The notes: a model not told the origin generated them from the sequence alone. A stretch of 64,000 nt of DNA from an uncultured Acidobacteriota bacterium (GCA_963732325.1 CAVSYZ010000003.1:31079-95078), one strand, 5' to 3'. Numbered from the stretch's first letter, positions 47,622-59,067 are shown. Translations and numbers: made by a program.

Positions 47622-50485
47622 CAGGATTGCTTACTCGGCGTAGGCAGGCTGCCATCACATTCAATTTCATTCAGCGCAGCGACGCAGCGCTCGCACACCG
47701 CTGGATAGTCTGTGTTTTCTCCGACGTGAGTGGAATAATTCCAGCAGCGCTCACATTTTTTCCCGTGCGCGCGCTCCACGTGAATCTGCAAGCCTTCGAT
47801 GGCGGTCGGCGGCGCGCCCTGTGCTGCGCCGTCTGCGATTTCCACTTGCGACACGATGAACAGGCCCGGTAAAAACGCCGCATACTTATGCAACAGCGCC
47901 GCTAAATCTGTGTTCGCCGCAATCGTGACGCGCGCTTCGAGCCCGGAAGTGATCGTCTTCGCGGCGCGCACTGGCTCCAGCGCCTTCAACACCTCTTCGC
48001 GGACTTGCAGCAGGCGATCCCAGTTTTTCGCACGCGCGCCGTCAAGCACGCGTTCCAGTTCCGCCGCGACAGGGAAACTAGCCATATGCACGCTGGCTGG
48101 CTCCGCAGCAGCACGCGGCAAATGTTTCCACACTTCTTCCGCCGTAAAAACGGTGATGGGTGCGATCAGCCGCAACAAAGTGCTGGCGATGCGATACACA
48201 ACGGTCTGCGCCGAACGCCGCCCGCGACTTTTCGGTGCGAACGTGTACAGGCGATCTTTCAGCACGTCAAAATAAAACGAGCTGAGGTCCACCGTGCAGA
48301 AATCATGCAGCGCGTGGTACACGCGATGAAATTCGAAATTGTCGTACCATTCGCGGCATTCGCGCGCCAGGGCGCCCGTGCGCCGCAGCATCCACGCGTC
48401 CATTTCCAGCAGGTCCGCATCGGCCACAGAATCGCGCGCCGGATCAAAATCGTAGAGGTTGCTGAGCGCGAAGCGAAAAGTGTTGCGGATTTTGCGATAG
48501 GCTTCCGCCAGCTGCGTCATCATCGCTTCGGAGATGCGCACGTCCGCGGTGTAGTCCTGCGAGACGACCCAAATTCGTAGGAGATCCGCGCCCCACTTCG
48601 CACAGATTTCCGCGGGATAGATGGCGTTGCCGAGGGACTTGGACATCGGCGCGCCTTTTTCGTCGAGCGTCCAGCCGTGTGTCACTACTTCACGATACGG
48701 CGCACCGCCGCGCGTGCCGATGCCCACCAGCAGCGAACTCTGGAACCACCCGCGATACTGGTCCGGTCCTTCGAGATAAACGTCGGCCGGCCAGCGCTGA
48801 TTGTCGCGCGTCAGCACCGCCAGATGCGTCGAGCCGGATTCGAACCACACATCCAGAATATCCGTTTCTTTCCGCCACTCGCCGTGGGAGCAAGAACACT
48901 TGGTTCCTGGCGGCAGCAACTCCTCGGCCGTGCGCGTGAACCACACGTCCGCGCCTTCGCGTTCGAAAAACGGCAGCACGTGGCGAAGCGCGACGGGATC
49001 TTTCAGTTGCAGTCCGCAGGCATCGCAATAAAAAACGATCAGCGGCACGCCCCAGAAACGCTGCCGCGAAATGCACCAGTCCGGACGCCCGGCGATCATC
49101 TCGCGCATGCGTTCGCGACCCCATGCCGGGAGCCATTTCACTTTCTCGATTTCTTCCAGCGCGCGCGGGCGCAGAGCCGGAGCTTTCGGCGCAGGAATCG
49201 CGGCCGAACCGAAGTCCATCTGGATGAACCACTGTTCGGTGGCGCGGAAGATCACCGGATTGTGGCAGCGCCAGCAATGCGGATAGCTGTGTGTGATTTT
49301 CTTTTCGCCTACCAGCATGTCGCGTTTCTTGAGCAGTTCAATGACGATGGGATTCGCTTCGAAGACCGTCCTGCCCTTGTACTCCGGCAGGCCCTCGATG
49401 AATCGTCCGTCGTCGTCCTGCGGCGCGTAGGATTCCAGCCCGTATTTCTGGCCGGTGCGGAAGTCGTCCGCGCCGTGCCCGGGAGCGGTGTGGACGATGC
49501 CGCTGCCTTGGTCGAGCGTCACATAATCCGCAAGAACGCCGGGAGACTGCGTATCCAGAAACGGATGCTGAAATTTTATGCCTTCGAAGTCCGAGCCTTT
49601 CCACTTGCCATGCACTTCGTGAACTTCGATGTGCAGTTCGGTTTCAAGCGCATTTACGCGTTCTTTGGCCAGCAGCAATTTTCCCGCGGAGGTATCTGCC
49701 ACGACGTACTCATACTCCGGATGAAATGCCAGCGCGCGGTTCGCTGGCAAAGTCCAAGGCGTGGTGGTCCAAATCAAAGCGCTGACGTCGTCATCCAGTC
49801 CCAGGGTTTTCGTTTTCTCGCCAGCAACGACCGGAAATCGAACCCAGATGGAAGGGCTGGTGTGATCCTCATATTCCACTTCCGCTTCAGCCAGCGCCGT
49901 GCGGTCAAAGATGCACCAATACACCGGCTTCAGCCCGCGATAAACGTAGCCTTTCTCGTAGAAATCGAGAAATGCGCCCGCAATCGAAGCCTCATCGCGC
50001 GCATCCATCGTGAGATATGGCCGGTCCCACTGCCCCAGAACTCCCAAGCGCTTGAATTCAATCTTGTGCTTCTCGACAAACCCGGCGGCGAATTGGCGGC
50101 ACATGCGGCGAAATTCCGCGGCCGGCACCTTGCTGGTTTTCCCGCCCAGCTCTTTTTCCACTTTCGTCTCGATGGGCAAGCCGTGGCAATCCCACCCTGG
50201 AATGTAAGGCGCGCGAAATCCGGACATGGTCTTGGATTTCACGATCATGTCCTTCACGACCTTATTCAATCCCGTGCCCAGATGGATTTCGCCCGTGGGA
50301 TATGGCGGGCCATCGTGCAGCACAAATAGCGGCGCATCCGCGCGCGATTCCAGAATGCGGTAATACAACCCCTGAGCCTCCCAGGCAGCGAGCTGCTCCG
50401 GCTCGCGCTCGGGCAGCTTGGCTTTCATGGGGAAATCCGTCTTAGGAAGATTCAGCGTGCTTTTCAGGTCCACAGGTTTAGCCAT
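47621..50485 (-). CDS. ileS: Isoleucine--tRNA ligase
   Basis: MAKPVDLKSTLNLPKTDFPMKAKL, HDGPPYPTGEIHLGT (HIGH), KMSKSLGN (KMSKS), C-terminal CERCWNY...CERC zinc motif. The track start 50662 was trimmed by 59 non-homologous codons. Confidence 0.95.
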   Translation of the reverse strand: MAKPVDLKSTLNLPKTDFPMKAKLPEREPEQLAAWEAQGLYYRILESRADAPLFVLHDGPPYPTGEIHLGTGLNKVVKDMIVKSKTMSGFRAPYIPGWDCHGLPIETKVEKELGGKTSKVPAAEFRRMCRQFAAGFVEKHKIEFKRLGVLGQWDRPYLTMDARDEASIAGAFLDFYEKGYVYRGLKPVYWCIFDRTALAEAEVEYEDHTSPSIWVRFPVVAGEKTKTLGLDDDVSALIWTTTPWTLPANRALAFHPEYEYVVADTSAGKLLLAKERVNALETELHIEVHEVHGKWKGSDFEGIKFQHPFLDTQSPGVLADYVTLDQGSGIVHTAPGHGADDFRTGQKYGLESYAPQDDDGRFIEGLPEYKGRTVFEANPIVIELLKKRDMLVGEKKITHSYPHCWRCHNPVIFRATEQWFIQMDFGSAAIPAPKAPALRPRALEEIEKVKWLPAWGRERMREMIAGRPDWCISRQRFWGVPLIVFYCDACGLQLKDPVALRHVLPFFEREGADVWFTRTAEELLPPGTKCSCSHGEWRKETDILDVWFESGSTHLAVLTRDNQRWPADVYLEGPDQYRGWFQSSLLVGIGTRGGAPYREVVTHGWTLDEKGAPMSKSLGNAIYPAEICAKWGADLLRIWVVSQDYTADVRISEAMMTQLAEAYRKIRNTFRFALSNLYDFDPARDSVADADLLEMDAWMLRRTGALARECREWYDNFEFHRVYHALHDFCTVDLSSFYFDVLKDRLYTFAPKSRGRRSAQTVVYRIASTLLRLIAPITVFTAEEVWKHLPRAAAEPASVHMASFPVAAELERVLDGARAKNWDRLLQVREEVLKALEPVRAAKTITSGLEARVTIAANTDLAALLHKYAAFLPGLFIVSQVEIADGAAQGAPPTAIEGLQIHVERAHGKKCERCWNYSTHVGENTDYPAVCERCVAALNEIECDGSLPTPSKQS

Positions 50486-50726
50486 CTCTAGGGGTTCGGA
50501 AGCCTTTCTATCTTGCGAGATAGAGTTGCGCGCGGGGCAGCTGAAACACCTGGCTCCTTGACAGCTCGAGCGGAGCATAGTTGTGAGTTGCTGCACAACG
50601 AAACTTGCAACTCGTATGTTACAATGCTTTTTGTATGGTGTCAGCCGCGCCCGGCCAGACATCCTTTTTCGTGGCGGCGCGTCTAAGGTTACATAGGACT
50701 CCGGCAGGAGACACCAGGCAGCTCAG

Positions 50727-51923
50727 ATGGCAGACATTCCAACGCCAATCACCGATACAAGCGGCACCAAGGCGGAACCGACCCTTCAGATCGGTCGCTA
50801 CAAGTCTCCCGTCGCGGATTCCGAGCTACGCAGTTTCTTTTCCAACGTTAGGGATTTCCTCTTCGAACGCCCTGTAAACACGAAGGGGATGAAGGCCACG
50901 GTATTCAACACTCCCGGATTTGGCGAAAGCCTGCGCGACAACCTGAGCGAGTTTTTGGCGCCGGCGCCGAAGGGCCCGGTGAATTCCGACCTGCTGGTCA
51001 ATTGGAATGCCGGGTTCGGCGGTTTCTGGCAGAACTTGCGCGACATCATCTCGCCGCCGAAGCTGGCGCCGCTGAAGACCACAAGCCAGCCCGTCGCGGT
51101 GCCCGAGCTGTGGTCGAAGAACACGCAATTTACGCGCGTGCAGGCGCTGTCTTTGGCTGTCCACGTCGTAATTCTGGTGCTGATCATCGGGCCGTTGCTG
51201 CTGGTGTTGCCTTCTCCTTCGACAACCAAAGCCAATTCGCAGGTTGATGTCATCGCAATTTCGCCGTTTTTGCCCAAGCTGCCTCCCGGCGCGAAAAAAG
51301 CCGGCGGCGGCGGTGGCGGTGGTGCGCACGATCCATTGCCCGCGAGCCGCGGCAAGCTGCCAAAGTTCGCGATGACGCAATTCACTCCGCCGAAAGTGGT
51401 CACGAATCCGAACGCGCGCCTGGCAATGACTCCCACGGTTCTGGGTCCACCAGAACTGAAGCTGCCCAGCCCAAACATGAACAACTGGGGCGACCCGCTT
51501 TCGAAAGTAATCAATGATTCGAACGGCCCCGGCAGCGGCAATGGCATCGGCTCCGGAAACGGCACGGGAGTGGGGAGCGGCGAGGGCGGTGGCGTGGGTC
51601 CCGGATCAGGCGGTGGTACTGGCGGCGGCGTCTTCAACGCCGGCACAGGCGGCTACGGCTACCCAGCTTGTATTTATTGCCCGCAGGCGCAATATTCCGA
51701 CGAAGCTGTAAAAGCAAAATATCAGGGCACGGTCACGCTGGTCGCGGTGATCACGGCGGAAGGTAAAGCCACTGATATTCAGGTGCTCAAGGGCCTCGGC
51801 CTGGGTCTCGACGAAAAAGCCATCGAAGCGGTGCGCACTTGGAGGTTCCGGCCCGCCGCTGGACCAAATGGCCGGCCCGCGCCGGTGCGTCAAACCATCG
51901 AAGTAACTTTCCACCTCTACTGA
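50727..51923 (+). CDS. TonB-family energy transducer (long Gly-rich linker)
   Basis: TM segment ALSLAVHVVILVLIIGPLLLV, a G-rich spacer, and a C-terminal TonB domain YSDEAVKAKYQGTVTLVAVITAEGKATDIQVLKGLGLGLDEKAIEAVRTWRFRPA. Confidence 0.85.
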   Translation: MADIPTPITDTSGTKAEPTLQIGRYKSPVADSELRSFFSNVRDFLFERPVNTKGMKATVFNTPGFGESLRDNLSEFLAPAPKGPVNSDLLVNWNAGFGGFWQNLRDIISPPKLAPLKTTSQPVAVPELWSKNTQFTRVQALSLAVHVVILVLIIGPLLLVLPSPSTTKANSQVDVIAISPFLPKLPPGAKKAGGGGGGGAHDPLPASRGKLPKFAMTQFTPPKVVTNPNARLAMTPTVLGPPELKLPSPNMNNWGDPLSKVINDSNGPGSGNGIGSGNGTGVGSGEGGGVGPGSGGGTGGGVFNAGTGGYGYPACIYCPQAQYSDEAVKAKYQGTVTLVAVITAEGKATDIQVLKGLGLGLDEKAIEAVRTWRFRPAAGPNGRPAPVRQTIEVTFHLY

Positions 51924-52008
51924 TCCCTTCTCGTCCGCAATATTGGTTCGCACCCAGGCGTTTACCTTCACGACCATCCCGTATCTGCGCATCAGCGCAT
52001 CTGCTACG

Positions 52009-52887
52009 ATGGGCGCTATGAAAATTTATTCCAGGATTTCAGTCTCCACGCTTTCTGTGCTCTTCCTCGTTGCGGGCGTGATGGCGAAAGCTCCGCGTGC
52101 GGCCGCGCAGACTGGCTCGGTGCAATTTGTAGCGCGCGTCACACCTTCGGGCGGAGAAGACGAACCCGTGCGCACCCTTCCCTTCTATTTGCTGAGCAAA
52201 AGTTACGCCGATATTGAGAAGGAAGCTGAAGCCGCTTCGCCCGCTGCAAATCAGGATAAATTCATAGACGCGCTGGACGTTTCCAAGGAACTGAAAGCAT
52301 GGATGAAGACCAACCACCGCGTCAGTCTCTCCGGCGAAGACTTCACCAAAATGCTCAAAGCGGACGACATCATGAACGTTCCGGAATTTTTCGCTGCATA
52401 CACGGAGAGAATGGTCGGCGACCACACCGCGGGTTTCCCCACGCCAAAATACAAGATCGAGGACCGCACCAAGGATCCTGCCAAGTACGATCGCCTGGTA
52501 ATCGAATACCACGATGCCATCCGCGCGTTCGTTATCGCCGACCCCGGCAGCAAGGATGGCCTGGACCTGGGCTTGGAAGAGGTGAACCCCGGCCACAAGT
52601 GGGACATGGTGAAGGCCAAGAACGCAGCGGAATTGAACCGCGAAACCGCGGATCTGGCGCGCGGAAAATATCTGGTGGCTCGCGCCGAGACGGATATGCA
52701 AGGCCAGGGCGCTCTGCGTGGCATTCCTCCTGGAAATTACTGGCTCGGCACGCTGAATATCGAAGCCGTCGCGGGCGACGCGCGCGAACGCTGGGACGTG
52801 CCGGTAACCGTCCGCGCCGGCCAACCGAGCTACCTCACCCTCACCAACATCAACGCTGTAAAACCAGCACACACCGTGGCGCCCTGA
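52009..52887 (+). CDS. Hypothetical secreted protein
   Basis: Signal peptide MGAMKIYSRISVSTLSVLFLVAGVMAKAPRAAAQ. The C-terminal beta-rich segment GNYWLGTLNIEAVAGDARERWDVPVTVRAG resembles carboxypeptidase-regulatory-like folds. The family is not identified. Confidence 0.55.
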   Translation: MGAMKIYSRISVSTLSVLFLVAGVMAKAPRAAAQTGSVQFVARVTPSGGEDEPVRTLPFYLLSKSYADIEKEAEAASPAANQDKFIDALDVSKELKAWMKTNHRVSLSGEDFTKMLKADDIMNVPEFFAAYTERMVGDHTAGFPTPKYKIEDRTKDPAKYDRLVIEYHDAIRAFVIADPGSKDGLDLGLEEVNPGHKWDMVKAKNAAELNRETADLARGKYLVARAETDMQGQGALRGIPPGNYWLGTLNIEAVAGDARERWDVPVTVRAGQPSYLTLTNINAVKPAHTVAP

Positions 52888-52900
52888 CACCAGGCATCTT

Positions 52901-53512
52901 ATGACGGACGCCGCGAGCATCGCTCGATGGATTCAGGAACTCGCAAGCTCGGACGCGCGGCTCAAGGCCGAGTCTGGCATGCGGCTCTACCTCGCGGGCG
53001 TCAGCCTTTGCACGCCGCTGCTGACTCGTTGGGTTTCCGATCCGGAATTCCGCGAATTGACCTTGCCGGGCAAGCCGTCTGGCGCGACGCACGCCCACTT
53101 CGGGCCATCCGCCATCGTCGTCGGCATCGCCGTGCAACCCGATACGTTCCAGAAAATTCGCGCGGCCAATAATTCTCCGCGGCTCGCGCAGGTGCCCACA
53201 GATCAGGATGCCCAGGAATTCGAGCTGCACCTGGATGCCTCCATCGAATTCGATATTCTCACTACGCGCGAGCCCGGGGGGCCCGGCGCGATTTCGCGCT
53301 TCCTGCAGAAGTTCGGCGAAGGCATTCAGCAGGTCGAAATCTATGTTCGCGATGTGGATCGCGCGACGGAGATCCTGCGCACGCGATTCGCGCTGTCGCC
53401 CCTCTATCCCGCCACGCGCCCCGGCGCCGACGGCACTCGCGTCAATTTCTTTCTGGCGACCGGGCCCGACGCGAAAAAAGTTCTCATCGAACTGGTAGAA
53501 GCCGCCCGCTAG
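52901..53512 (+). CDS. Hypothetical protein with VOC/glyoxalase-like C-terminal module
   Basis: 203 aa. FLQKFGEGIQQVEIYVRDVDRATEIL...GTRVNFFL resembles VOC-family motifs. This is a weak call. Confidence 0.45.
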   Translation: MTDAASIARWIQELASSDARLKAESGMRLYLAGVSLCTPLLTRWVSDPEFRELTLPGKPSGATHAHFGPSAIVVGIAVQPDTFQKIRAANNSPRLAQVPTDQDAQEFELHLDASIEFDILTTREPGGPGAISRFLQKFGEGIQQVEIYVRDVDRATEILRTRFALSPLYPATRPGADGTRVNFFLATGPDAKKVLIELVEAAR

Positions 53513-53674
53513 ATTGGCGCTCTTCTCCGCGCTGGCGTCATCCGCCAAGTCAATCCATCGCATCCATTCGGGCGATGGCCCCTTGTGACCTGCCAATCAT
53601 TTGTGCGTGATACAATGCGCGAACGCCTAAATTTCGCCCTTATTCCGCGTCTATTTCATGCGAGGAGCCACACG

Positions 53675-54205
53675 ATGCCATTCGTAAACGAGATCGAAGA
53701 GGCCCAGGCAGACGAACGACTGCGCGAGCTATACGGAAAAATTGAACAAAACCTGGGATTTTTACCGCACTATTTCAAGACGCTCGGCGCCAAGCCGGCA
53801 GTGATCGAAGCGCAATTGCAGATGAGCGCCGCGGTCATGGGCGACAGCGCGCTCTCCACGATCGTGAAAGAACAGATCGGCCTGGTAGTAAGCGGCATCA
53901 ATTCTTCCACGTACTGCGTGATGTTTCACATGGAGTTGCTGCGGCGCTTCGGCGTGGATAAGGCTTTGGCGCGCAAACTCACTGCCGACTATGAAAATGC
54001 CGCGGTGGATTCCAAAGTGAAGGTGCTGTTTCGCTTCGCGGACAAATTGACGCGCCATCCGGATGACATCGAAGAATCCGATACCGACGCCGTGAAACAA
54101 GCCGGCTGGGACGACGCGGCCGTGCGCGAAACGGTCCTCACTGTCGCGTATTTCAACTATATCAACCGCGTTTCGCTGGGACTGGGGCTGGTCACGGATT
54201 TCTGA
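53675..54205 (+). CDS. Carboxymuconolactone decarboxylase/AhpD-like family protein
   Basis: MPFVNEIEEAQADERLRELYGKI...LPHYFKTLGAKP...IGLVVSGINSSTYCVMFH...AGWDDAAVRETVLTVAYFNYINR. Trimmed from the track start 53585. Confidence 0.8.
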   Translation: MPFVNEIEEAQADERLRELYGKIEQNLGFLPHYFKTLGAKPAVIEAQLQMSAAVMGDSALSTIVKEQIGLVVSGINSSTYCVMFHMELLRRFGVDKALARKLTADYENAAVDSKVKVLFRFADKLTRHPDDIEESDTDAVKQAGWDDAAVRETVLTVAYFNYINRVSLGLGLVTDF

Positions 54206-54234
54206 ACGCAACGCACCGCTCAAAAGACTGGCTG

Positions 54235-56910
54235 CTATTCCCCGCTCTGCTCGATCAATTTGGCCACCAGAGCGGTCCAGCCGGTCTGATGGCTCGCGCC
54301 CAATCCCGCGCCAGTATCGCCGTTGAAATACTCGTAGAACAGAATCAGGTCGCGCCAGAACGGATCCTTCTGAAATAATTCCACATCGCCGTACACCGCG
54401 CGCCGCCCATCTTTCTGCAGAAAGATATGCGAAAGCCGGCGCGAAACTTCCTGGGCTACTTCCCAGAGCGCCTTCTGCTGCCCGGACCCAGTGGGACATT
54501 CCACCTTGAATCCATCGCCGTAATAGTGATGCACGCGCTGCAACGATTCGATCAGCAGGAAATTCAGCGGGAACCACACCGGCCCACGCCAGTTGGAATT
54601 ACCGCCGAACAAATCGCCCGTTGATTCGGCGGGCTCGTAATCCACCGCCTGTGAAACTCCGTTCACATTCAGGACGAACGGATGGTCCTTGTGATACTTG
54701 GAAAGCGCCCGGACGCCATGCGGCGAAAGAAATTCATTCTCATCCAGAAGGTATTTGTAGATGCGCTCGAGTTTTTTGCGATTCGCAATGCACAAAAACA
54801 CGCGGGCGCCTTTGTCCGTGCGCTGGGACATATCCACGTGCTCCGCAACGTCCGGATTGTGCGCCAGAAACCATTCCATGCGCTTGACGAAATCCGGTAC
54901 CCGCGCCAAATCCTCGGGCTCAAACGTCTCCGCTGCAAACAGCGAGGTCAAGCCGACGATGGACCGAACTTTCATTGGCAAAAGATTGGTGTTTCCCAGA
55001 TGCAGCACGTCGTAATAAAAGCCATCATTCTCGTCCCACAGGCCGATTCCTTCACCGCCGATATCGTTCATCGCCTGCGCGATGTACACAAAGTGCTCGA
55101 AAAATTTGCTGGCCACGTCCTCATACGCCGGGTCGTCGTGCGCCAGTTCCATGGACATCGCCAGCATGTCCAGGCAAAACATGGCCATCCAACTGGTGCC
55201 GTCAGACTGTTCGATGAAATTTCCCGGTCCCAGTGGCGACGACCGGTCGAACACACCGATGTTATCCAGACCCAGGAAACCACCTTCAAACACGTTCTTC
55301 CCTTCCGGATCCTTGCGGTTCACCCACCAGGTGAAATTGAGCAGAAGCTTGTGAAACATCCGCACCAGAAATTTACGATCTTGCTGGCCTTCCACGCGGC
55401 CGGCAATTTTATAAACGCGCCAGGCCGCCCAGGCCAGTACGGGCGGGTTCACGTCGGAAAAATTCCACTCGTACGCGGGAACCTGCCCGCTAGGATTCAT
55501 GTACCACTCGCGATGAAACAAAATCAGCTGCTGCTTCGCGAATTCGGGATCAATCAGCGCCATCGAAACGCAGTGGAACGCCAGATCCCAGGAGGCGTAC
55601 CACGGGTATTCCCAAGTGTCCGGCATGGAAATTACATCGGAATTGTAGAGGTGCGTCCATTCGTGGTTGCGGCCGAAATAGCGGCTCGCGTCCGGCTTCG
55701 GCTGCGTCGAATCTCCCTCCAGCCAGCGGCGGACATCATAGTGGTAGCTTTGTTTGCACCACAGCAGGCCCGCAAACGCTTGACGCTGCACGCGGCGTGC
55801 ATCTTCGCTCAGATTCGGGTCAATGCGCTTTTCGTAAAATTCGTCCGCCTCTTTCTTGCGCAGGTCGAAGATCGCATCAAACGCCGGGCCAAAGAGTTCC
55901 CGCGCCGGAGTGCGATTTTCCGCGATGTTCTGGTCCGTCAGCCGCGCGCGGATCGTCCAGCTTTGGCCCGGCGCGATTTCCGCCGCAAAATGCGCGGCGG
56001 CCTTCGTCCCCGTCATCGCAGGATTCACGGCGCCTTTTTCGCCGTTGATAAGGTACCGGTGGAAAGCGTCCTTGACATACGGAGTCTTGCTCTTCTGCCC
56101 GAACAGCCGCTCCATATTCGTCTCGTTGTCTGTGAAGAGCGGCTCCGGATTTCCTTCGATCACCAGCCAGCGCTGGCTGTAATGGAATTCGGTCAGCTCC
56201 AATAACTCCCCGCCTTCGTATCCCGCCACGCGCGCGGCTTGCGGCGTGTTGTACGGATCGCCCCAGTCCCAGCGATTGCGAAACCACAGCGTAGGCAGCA
56301 GATGCAGCCGCGCCGCTTGGGGACCGCGATTCCATGCGGTAACGCGGATCGCAATATCTTCGAATGTGACTTTCGCGTATTCCACGAAAATGTCGAAGTA
56401 GCGATTCTCCGCGAACACCCCGGTATCAATCAGCTCGTACTCGGGCTGGTGCCGCGTGCGTTTGGCGTTTTCTTCGCGCAGCTGGTCATAAGGGAACGCC
56501 GCGTGCGGATACTTGTAGAGAAATTGCAGATAGGAACTGGTGGGCGTCGCGTCCAGATAGTAGTAATACTCTTTTACGTCCTCGCCGTGATTCCCTTCCG
56601 CGTTGGTCAGACCGAAAAGCCGCTCCTTCAGGATGCGATCTTTTTCGTTCCACATTGCCAGGCCGAAACAGATGTGCTGGTGGCGGTCGCAGAAGCCGGC
56701 GATGCCATCTTCTCCCCAACGATAGGCTCGCGAGCGCGCGTGATCGTGCGGAAAATAATTCCACGCGTCGCCGTTCGCGCTGTAATCCTCGCGCACGGTG
56801 CCCCACTGCCGCTCCGCCAGGTAAGGGCCCCAGCGTTTCCAGTGCGCGTAGCGCTCGGCGCTGGCTCGCAGCCTCTGCTCTTCGGCTGTCAACTCGCGTT
56901 CCATGCTCAT
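54235..56910 (-). CDS. GH63-like glucosidase (MGH1-like glycoside hydrolase family)
   Basis: 891 aa. [49 protein letters not shown]...[23 protein letters not shown] matches the conserved N-terminus of this family, and the C-terminus is consistent with an (alpha/alpha)6 domain. Confidence 0.85.
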   Translation of the reverse strand: MSMERELTAEEQRLRASAERYAHWKRWGPYLAERQWGTVREDYSANGDAWNYFPHDHARSRAYRWGEDGIAGFCDRHQHICFGLAMWNEKDRILKERLFGLTNAEGNHGEDVKEYYYYLDATPTSSYLQFLYKYPHAAFPYDQLREENAKRTRHQPEYELIDTGVFAENRYFDIFVEYAKVTFEDIAIRVTAWNRGPQAARLHLLPTLWFRNRWDWGDPYNTPQAARVAGYEGGELLELTEFHYSQRWLVIEGNPEPLFTDNETNMERLFGQKSKTPYVKDAFHRYLINGEKGAVNPAMTGTKAAAHFAAEIAPGQSWTIRARLTDQNIAENRTPARELFGPAFDAIFDLRKKEADEFYEKRIDPNLSEDARRVQRQAFAGLLWCKQSYHYDVRRWLEGDSTQPKPDASRYFGRNHEWTHLYNSDVISMPDTWEYPWYASWDLAFHCVSMALIDPEFAKQQLILFHREWYMNPSGQVPAYEWNFSDVNPPVLAWAAWRVYKIAGRVEGQQDRKFLVRMFHKLLLNFTWWVNRKDPEGKNVFEGGFLGLDNIGVFDRSSPLGPGNFIEQSDGTSWMAMFCLDMLAMSMELAHDDPAYEDVASKFFEHFVYIAQAMNDIGGEGIGLWDENDGFYYDVLHLGNTNLLPMKVRSIVGLTSLFAAETFEPEDLARVPDFVKRMEWFLAHNPDVAEHVDMSQRTDKGARVFLCIANRKKLERIYKYLLDENEFLSPHGVRALSKYHKDHPFVLNVNGVSQAVDYEPAESTGDLFGGNSNWRGPVWFPLNFLLIESLQRVHHYYGDGFKVECPTGSGQQKALWEVAQEVSRRLSHIFLQKDGRRAVYGDVELFQKDPFWRDLILFYEYFNGDTGAGLGASHQTGWTALVAKLIEQSGE

Positions 56911-57289
56911 CCCTTATCGGCCATGTTTGGCACAGTCATGATACCGGGATTCCTGCCAGGCAAAGTGCGACAGACATTATCGGTGGCGTTCAATCCCGAA
57001 GAACTCTACCCGTTGCGGCAGCGTATTGGCAAGCGCGCCGCTTGCACGCATACTCTGCTAGGCGATGCTGCGCTCTCCGGGTTGCAAGCGCCGACTGTCC
57101 AACTGACGCGAGGCGTGCGAGTGGCGCAACGCGCGCTCAATTCGTTATTCTCTGACGGTTCGCCGTGGAGACTCACTTCCGGATGCGGCAATTCTCAATG
57201 GGACGAAAACCATTCACTCGAGCGTAATCACCGAACCCACATCGCAGCCTGCGTCGCGCGCATCCGCAGACTCGCCGCGCCTGGCGCTA

Positions 57290-58933
57290 TTGCTCGTGGC
57301 CGTTGCAGCCACGGCCGTGATCGCGCCCATGTTTTTTCTCGGCAACGCGTCCGGCCACGATTTCCAGTTTCATCTGGCTTCCTGGCTCGATGTTGCCGGC
57401 CAGTGGCGCGAAGGCTTTTTTTTCCCGCGCTGGGCCGAATGGGCTAATTGGGGCTACGGCGAGCCGCGTTTCGTTTTTTATCCTCCCGGCTCCTGGATGC
57501 TCGGCGCGGCTCTCGGCACGCTGCTGCCGTGGAAAATGGCACCAGGAGCATTCATCTGGCTCGCGCTTTTGCTCGCCGGATATTCGATGTGGCGATTCGC
57601 GCGCGAGTGGCTCACGCCTCGCGAGGCCGCAGCTGCCGCAGTCCTCTACGCCGTAAATCCGTATCACCTGATCATTGTGTATTACCGCGCCGATTTCGCC
57701 GAGCTGCTGGCAACCGCGCTGTTTCCGCTGGCACTGTGCGGCATGGTGGGCTTGCTGCGCGAAGGTTGGCGCGGTCTGCATTTCGTCGCTGTTCCGTTCG
57801 TGCTGATCTGGCTGGCGAACGCGCCCGCCGCGGTGCTCGCAACTTACTCGCTGATGTTGCTGTGCTTCGTAGCGTCCATTTTGCGGCGTGGCCGTCGGCC
57901 CCTGCTTCTGGGCGGTGCTTCCATGGCTTCGGGCTTCGGCCTCGCAGCGTTCTATGTTTTTCCAGCGGCTTACGAACAGCGCTGGGTGCAAATTCGTCAG
58001 GTTTTCGCCGATCTCTTGAGCCCGGACCAAAACTTCCTGTTCACGCACGCGATCGATCCCGAATTCCTGTTCTTCAACTGGAAGGTTTCAGGCGCGGCCA
58101 TGGGAGTGATGCTCCTTACCGGCATTGCCGCCGTAATTGTGGCGCGACGCCGCCGGGAGTTTCCGGAGATCTGGTGGATGCTTCTGGTTCTCGGCTCCGC
58201 AGCGGTGTTGCTGATGTTTCCTCCCAGCATGTTTTTGTGGCGCGTGCTGCCGAAGCTGGAATTTGTTCAGTTTCCCTGGCGCTGGCTCGGCGTGCTGGAT
58301 TTCGTGTTCGCGTTTTTTCTCGCCGCGGCACTCGGGCGCGCCAAGCGGCCTTGGCTTGGCGGCCTGGCGATCGCTATTGTTCTGACGACGTTGGCAGCCG
58401 CCCTGGTGTATGACGGCTGGTGGGATAGCGAAGATATTCCGGTCCTCACCAAGTCCATTCAAACCGGCCGCGGCTACGAAGGCACCGACGAATATCAACC
58501 GCTCGGCTGCGATCGCTACGAATTGCCAGGCAGCGACCCCGAAGGCGAAATAATCGGCAGGCCCGCGCCGCGCATTCAGGAGTTCATCGCGGAAACAAAC
58601 GTTCTCAAACCCGCGCCCGAGCGCACCGTGCACATCGAGCGTTGGAACGCAAACGAGAAGCGCCTTACGACGCAGAGCGCAACGCCAGTCACGCTAGCGC
58701 TGCGCCTGCTGAATTATCCAGGATGGCACATACAAGTGGACGGCAAATCCGCTCGGCTTAACGCAGCTCCAGAAACCGCTCAAATGCTGGTAGCGCTTCC
58801 GGAAGGCGCTCATCAAGTCGAAGTGAAGTTCACCAGCACATGGGATCGCATCGCAGGCGCCATAATCTCCGCAATTTTCGCAATCCTGCTCGTCGCATAC
58901 TTGATCTTCATTCGCTTGTCACGCAAATCGTAG
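57290..58933 (+). CDS. Polytopic membrane protein, GT-C-like / COG5617-type domain (start approximate)
   Basis: 547 aa with more than 10 predicted TM segments. N-terminal GHDFQFHLASWLDVAGQWREGFFFPRWAEWANWGYGEPRF motif. TTG start as given in the track. Confidence 0.65.
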   Translation: MLVAVAATAVIAPMFFLGNASGHDFQFHLASWLDVAGQWREGFFFPRWAEWANWGYGEPRFVFYPPGSWMLGAALGTLLPWKMAPGAFIWLALLLAGYSMWRFAREWLTPREAAAAAVLYAVNPYHLIIVYYRADFAELLATALFPLALCGMVGLLREGWRGLHFVAVPFVLIWLANAPAAVLATYSLMLLCFVASILRRGRRPLLLGGASMASGFGLAAFYVFPAAYEQRWVQIRQVFADLLSPDQNFLFTHAIDPEFLFFNWKVSGAAMGVMLLTGIAAVIVARRRREFPEIWWMLLVLGSAAVLLMFPPSMFLWRVLPKLEFVQFPWRWLGVLDFVFAFFLAAALGRAKRPWLGGLAIAIVLTTLAAALVYDGWWDSEDIPVLTKSIQTGRGYEGTDEYQPLGCDRYELPGSDPEGEIIGRPAPRIQEFIAETNVLKPAPERTVHIERWNANEKRLTTQSATPVTLALRLLNYPGWHIQVDGKSARLNAAPETAQMLVALPEGAHQVEVKFTSTWDRIAGAIISAIFAILLVAYLIFIRLSRKS

Positions 58934-58992
58934 GCGCACGGCACGCCGTGCAGGCCATCCACGAACATCGTGGGGAGATTAGTCTGACGGTA

Positions 58993-59021
58993 GGGGCGCC
59001 GCTTGCTGCGCCCCAGCTTTT
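58993..59021 (+). terminator. Intrinsic terminator-like hairpin after the membrane-protein gene
   Basis: GGGGCGC-(8-nt loop)-GCGCCCC followed by agcTTTTc. Its left flank (ggta) resembles repeat family 2. Confidence 0.5.
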
Positions 59022-59067
59022 CGCGATGTCGGACGCGAGATCACGCCGCACTCCGCTCCGCGAACTA

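Noticed and set aside
48677-50329. 550-aa plus-strand ORF inside ileS
   Set aside because: It lies antisense to ileS, whose HIGH, KMSKS and zinc motifs are on the minus strand. It is Arg-rich with no homology.
50486-50662. N-terminal extensions given by the ORF track for ileS, and similarly for hbd 33005..33187, thiolase 36860..36898, rpsL 2220..2351 and frr 7013..7069
   Set aside because: The track uses the most upstream ATG/GTG/TTG. The extensions are non-homologous and R/S-rich, and in several cases they overlap upstream genes or predicted promoters. Conserved N-termini begin at the internal starts I report.
50486-50726. T-box or other riboswitch/attenuator in the ileS leader
   Set aside because: Several small stems exist (CTATCT-tgcg-AGATAG, GAGTTGC...GCAACTC). 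I could not identify a specifier loop, a T-box consensus or a terminator/antiterminator pair, so this cannot be supported without a covariance-model scan.
54682-57447. Plus-strand ORFs 54682..56205 (507 aa) and 56239..57447 (402 aa)
   Set aside because: These lie antisense to the GH63-like gene and run across the divergent intergenic region. Their composition is R/H/V-rich shadow-frame composition.
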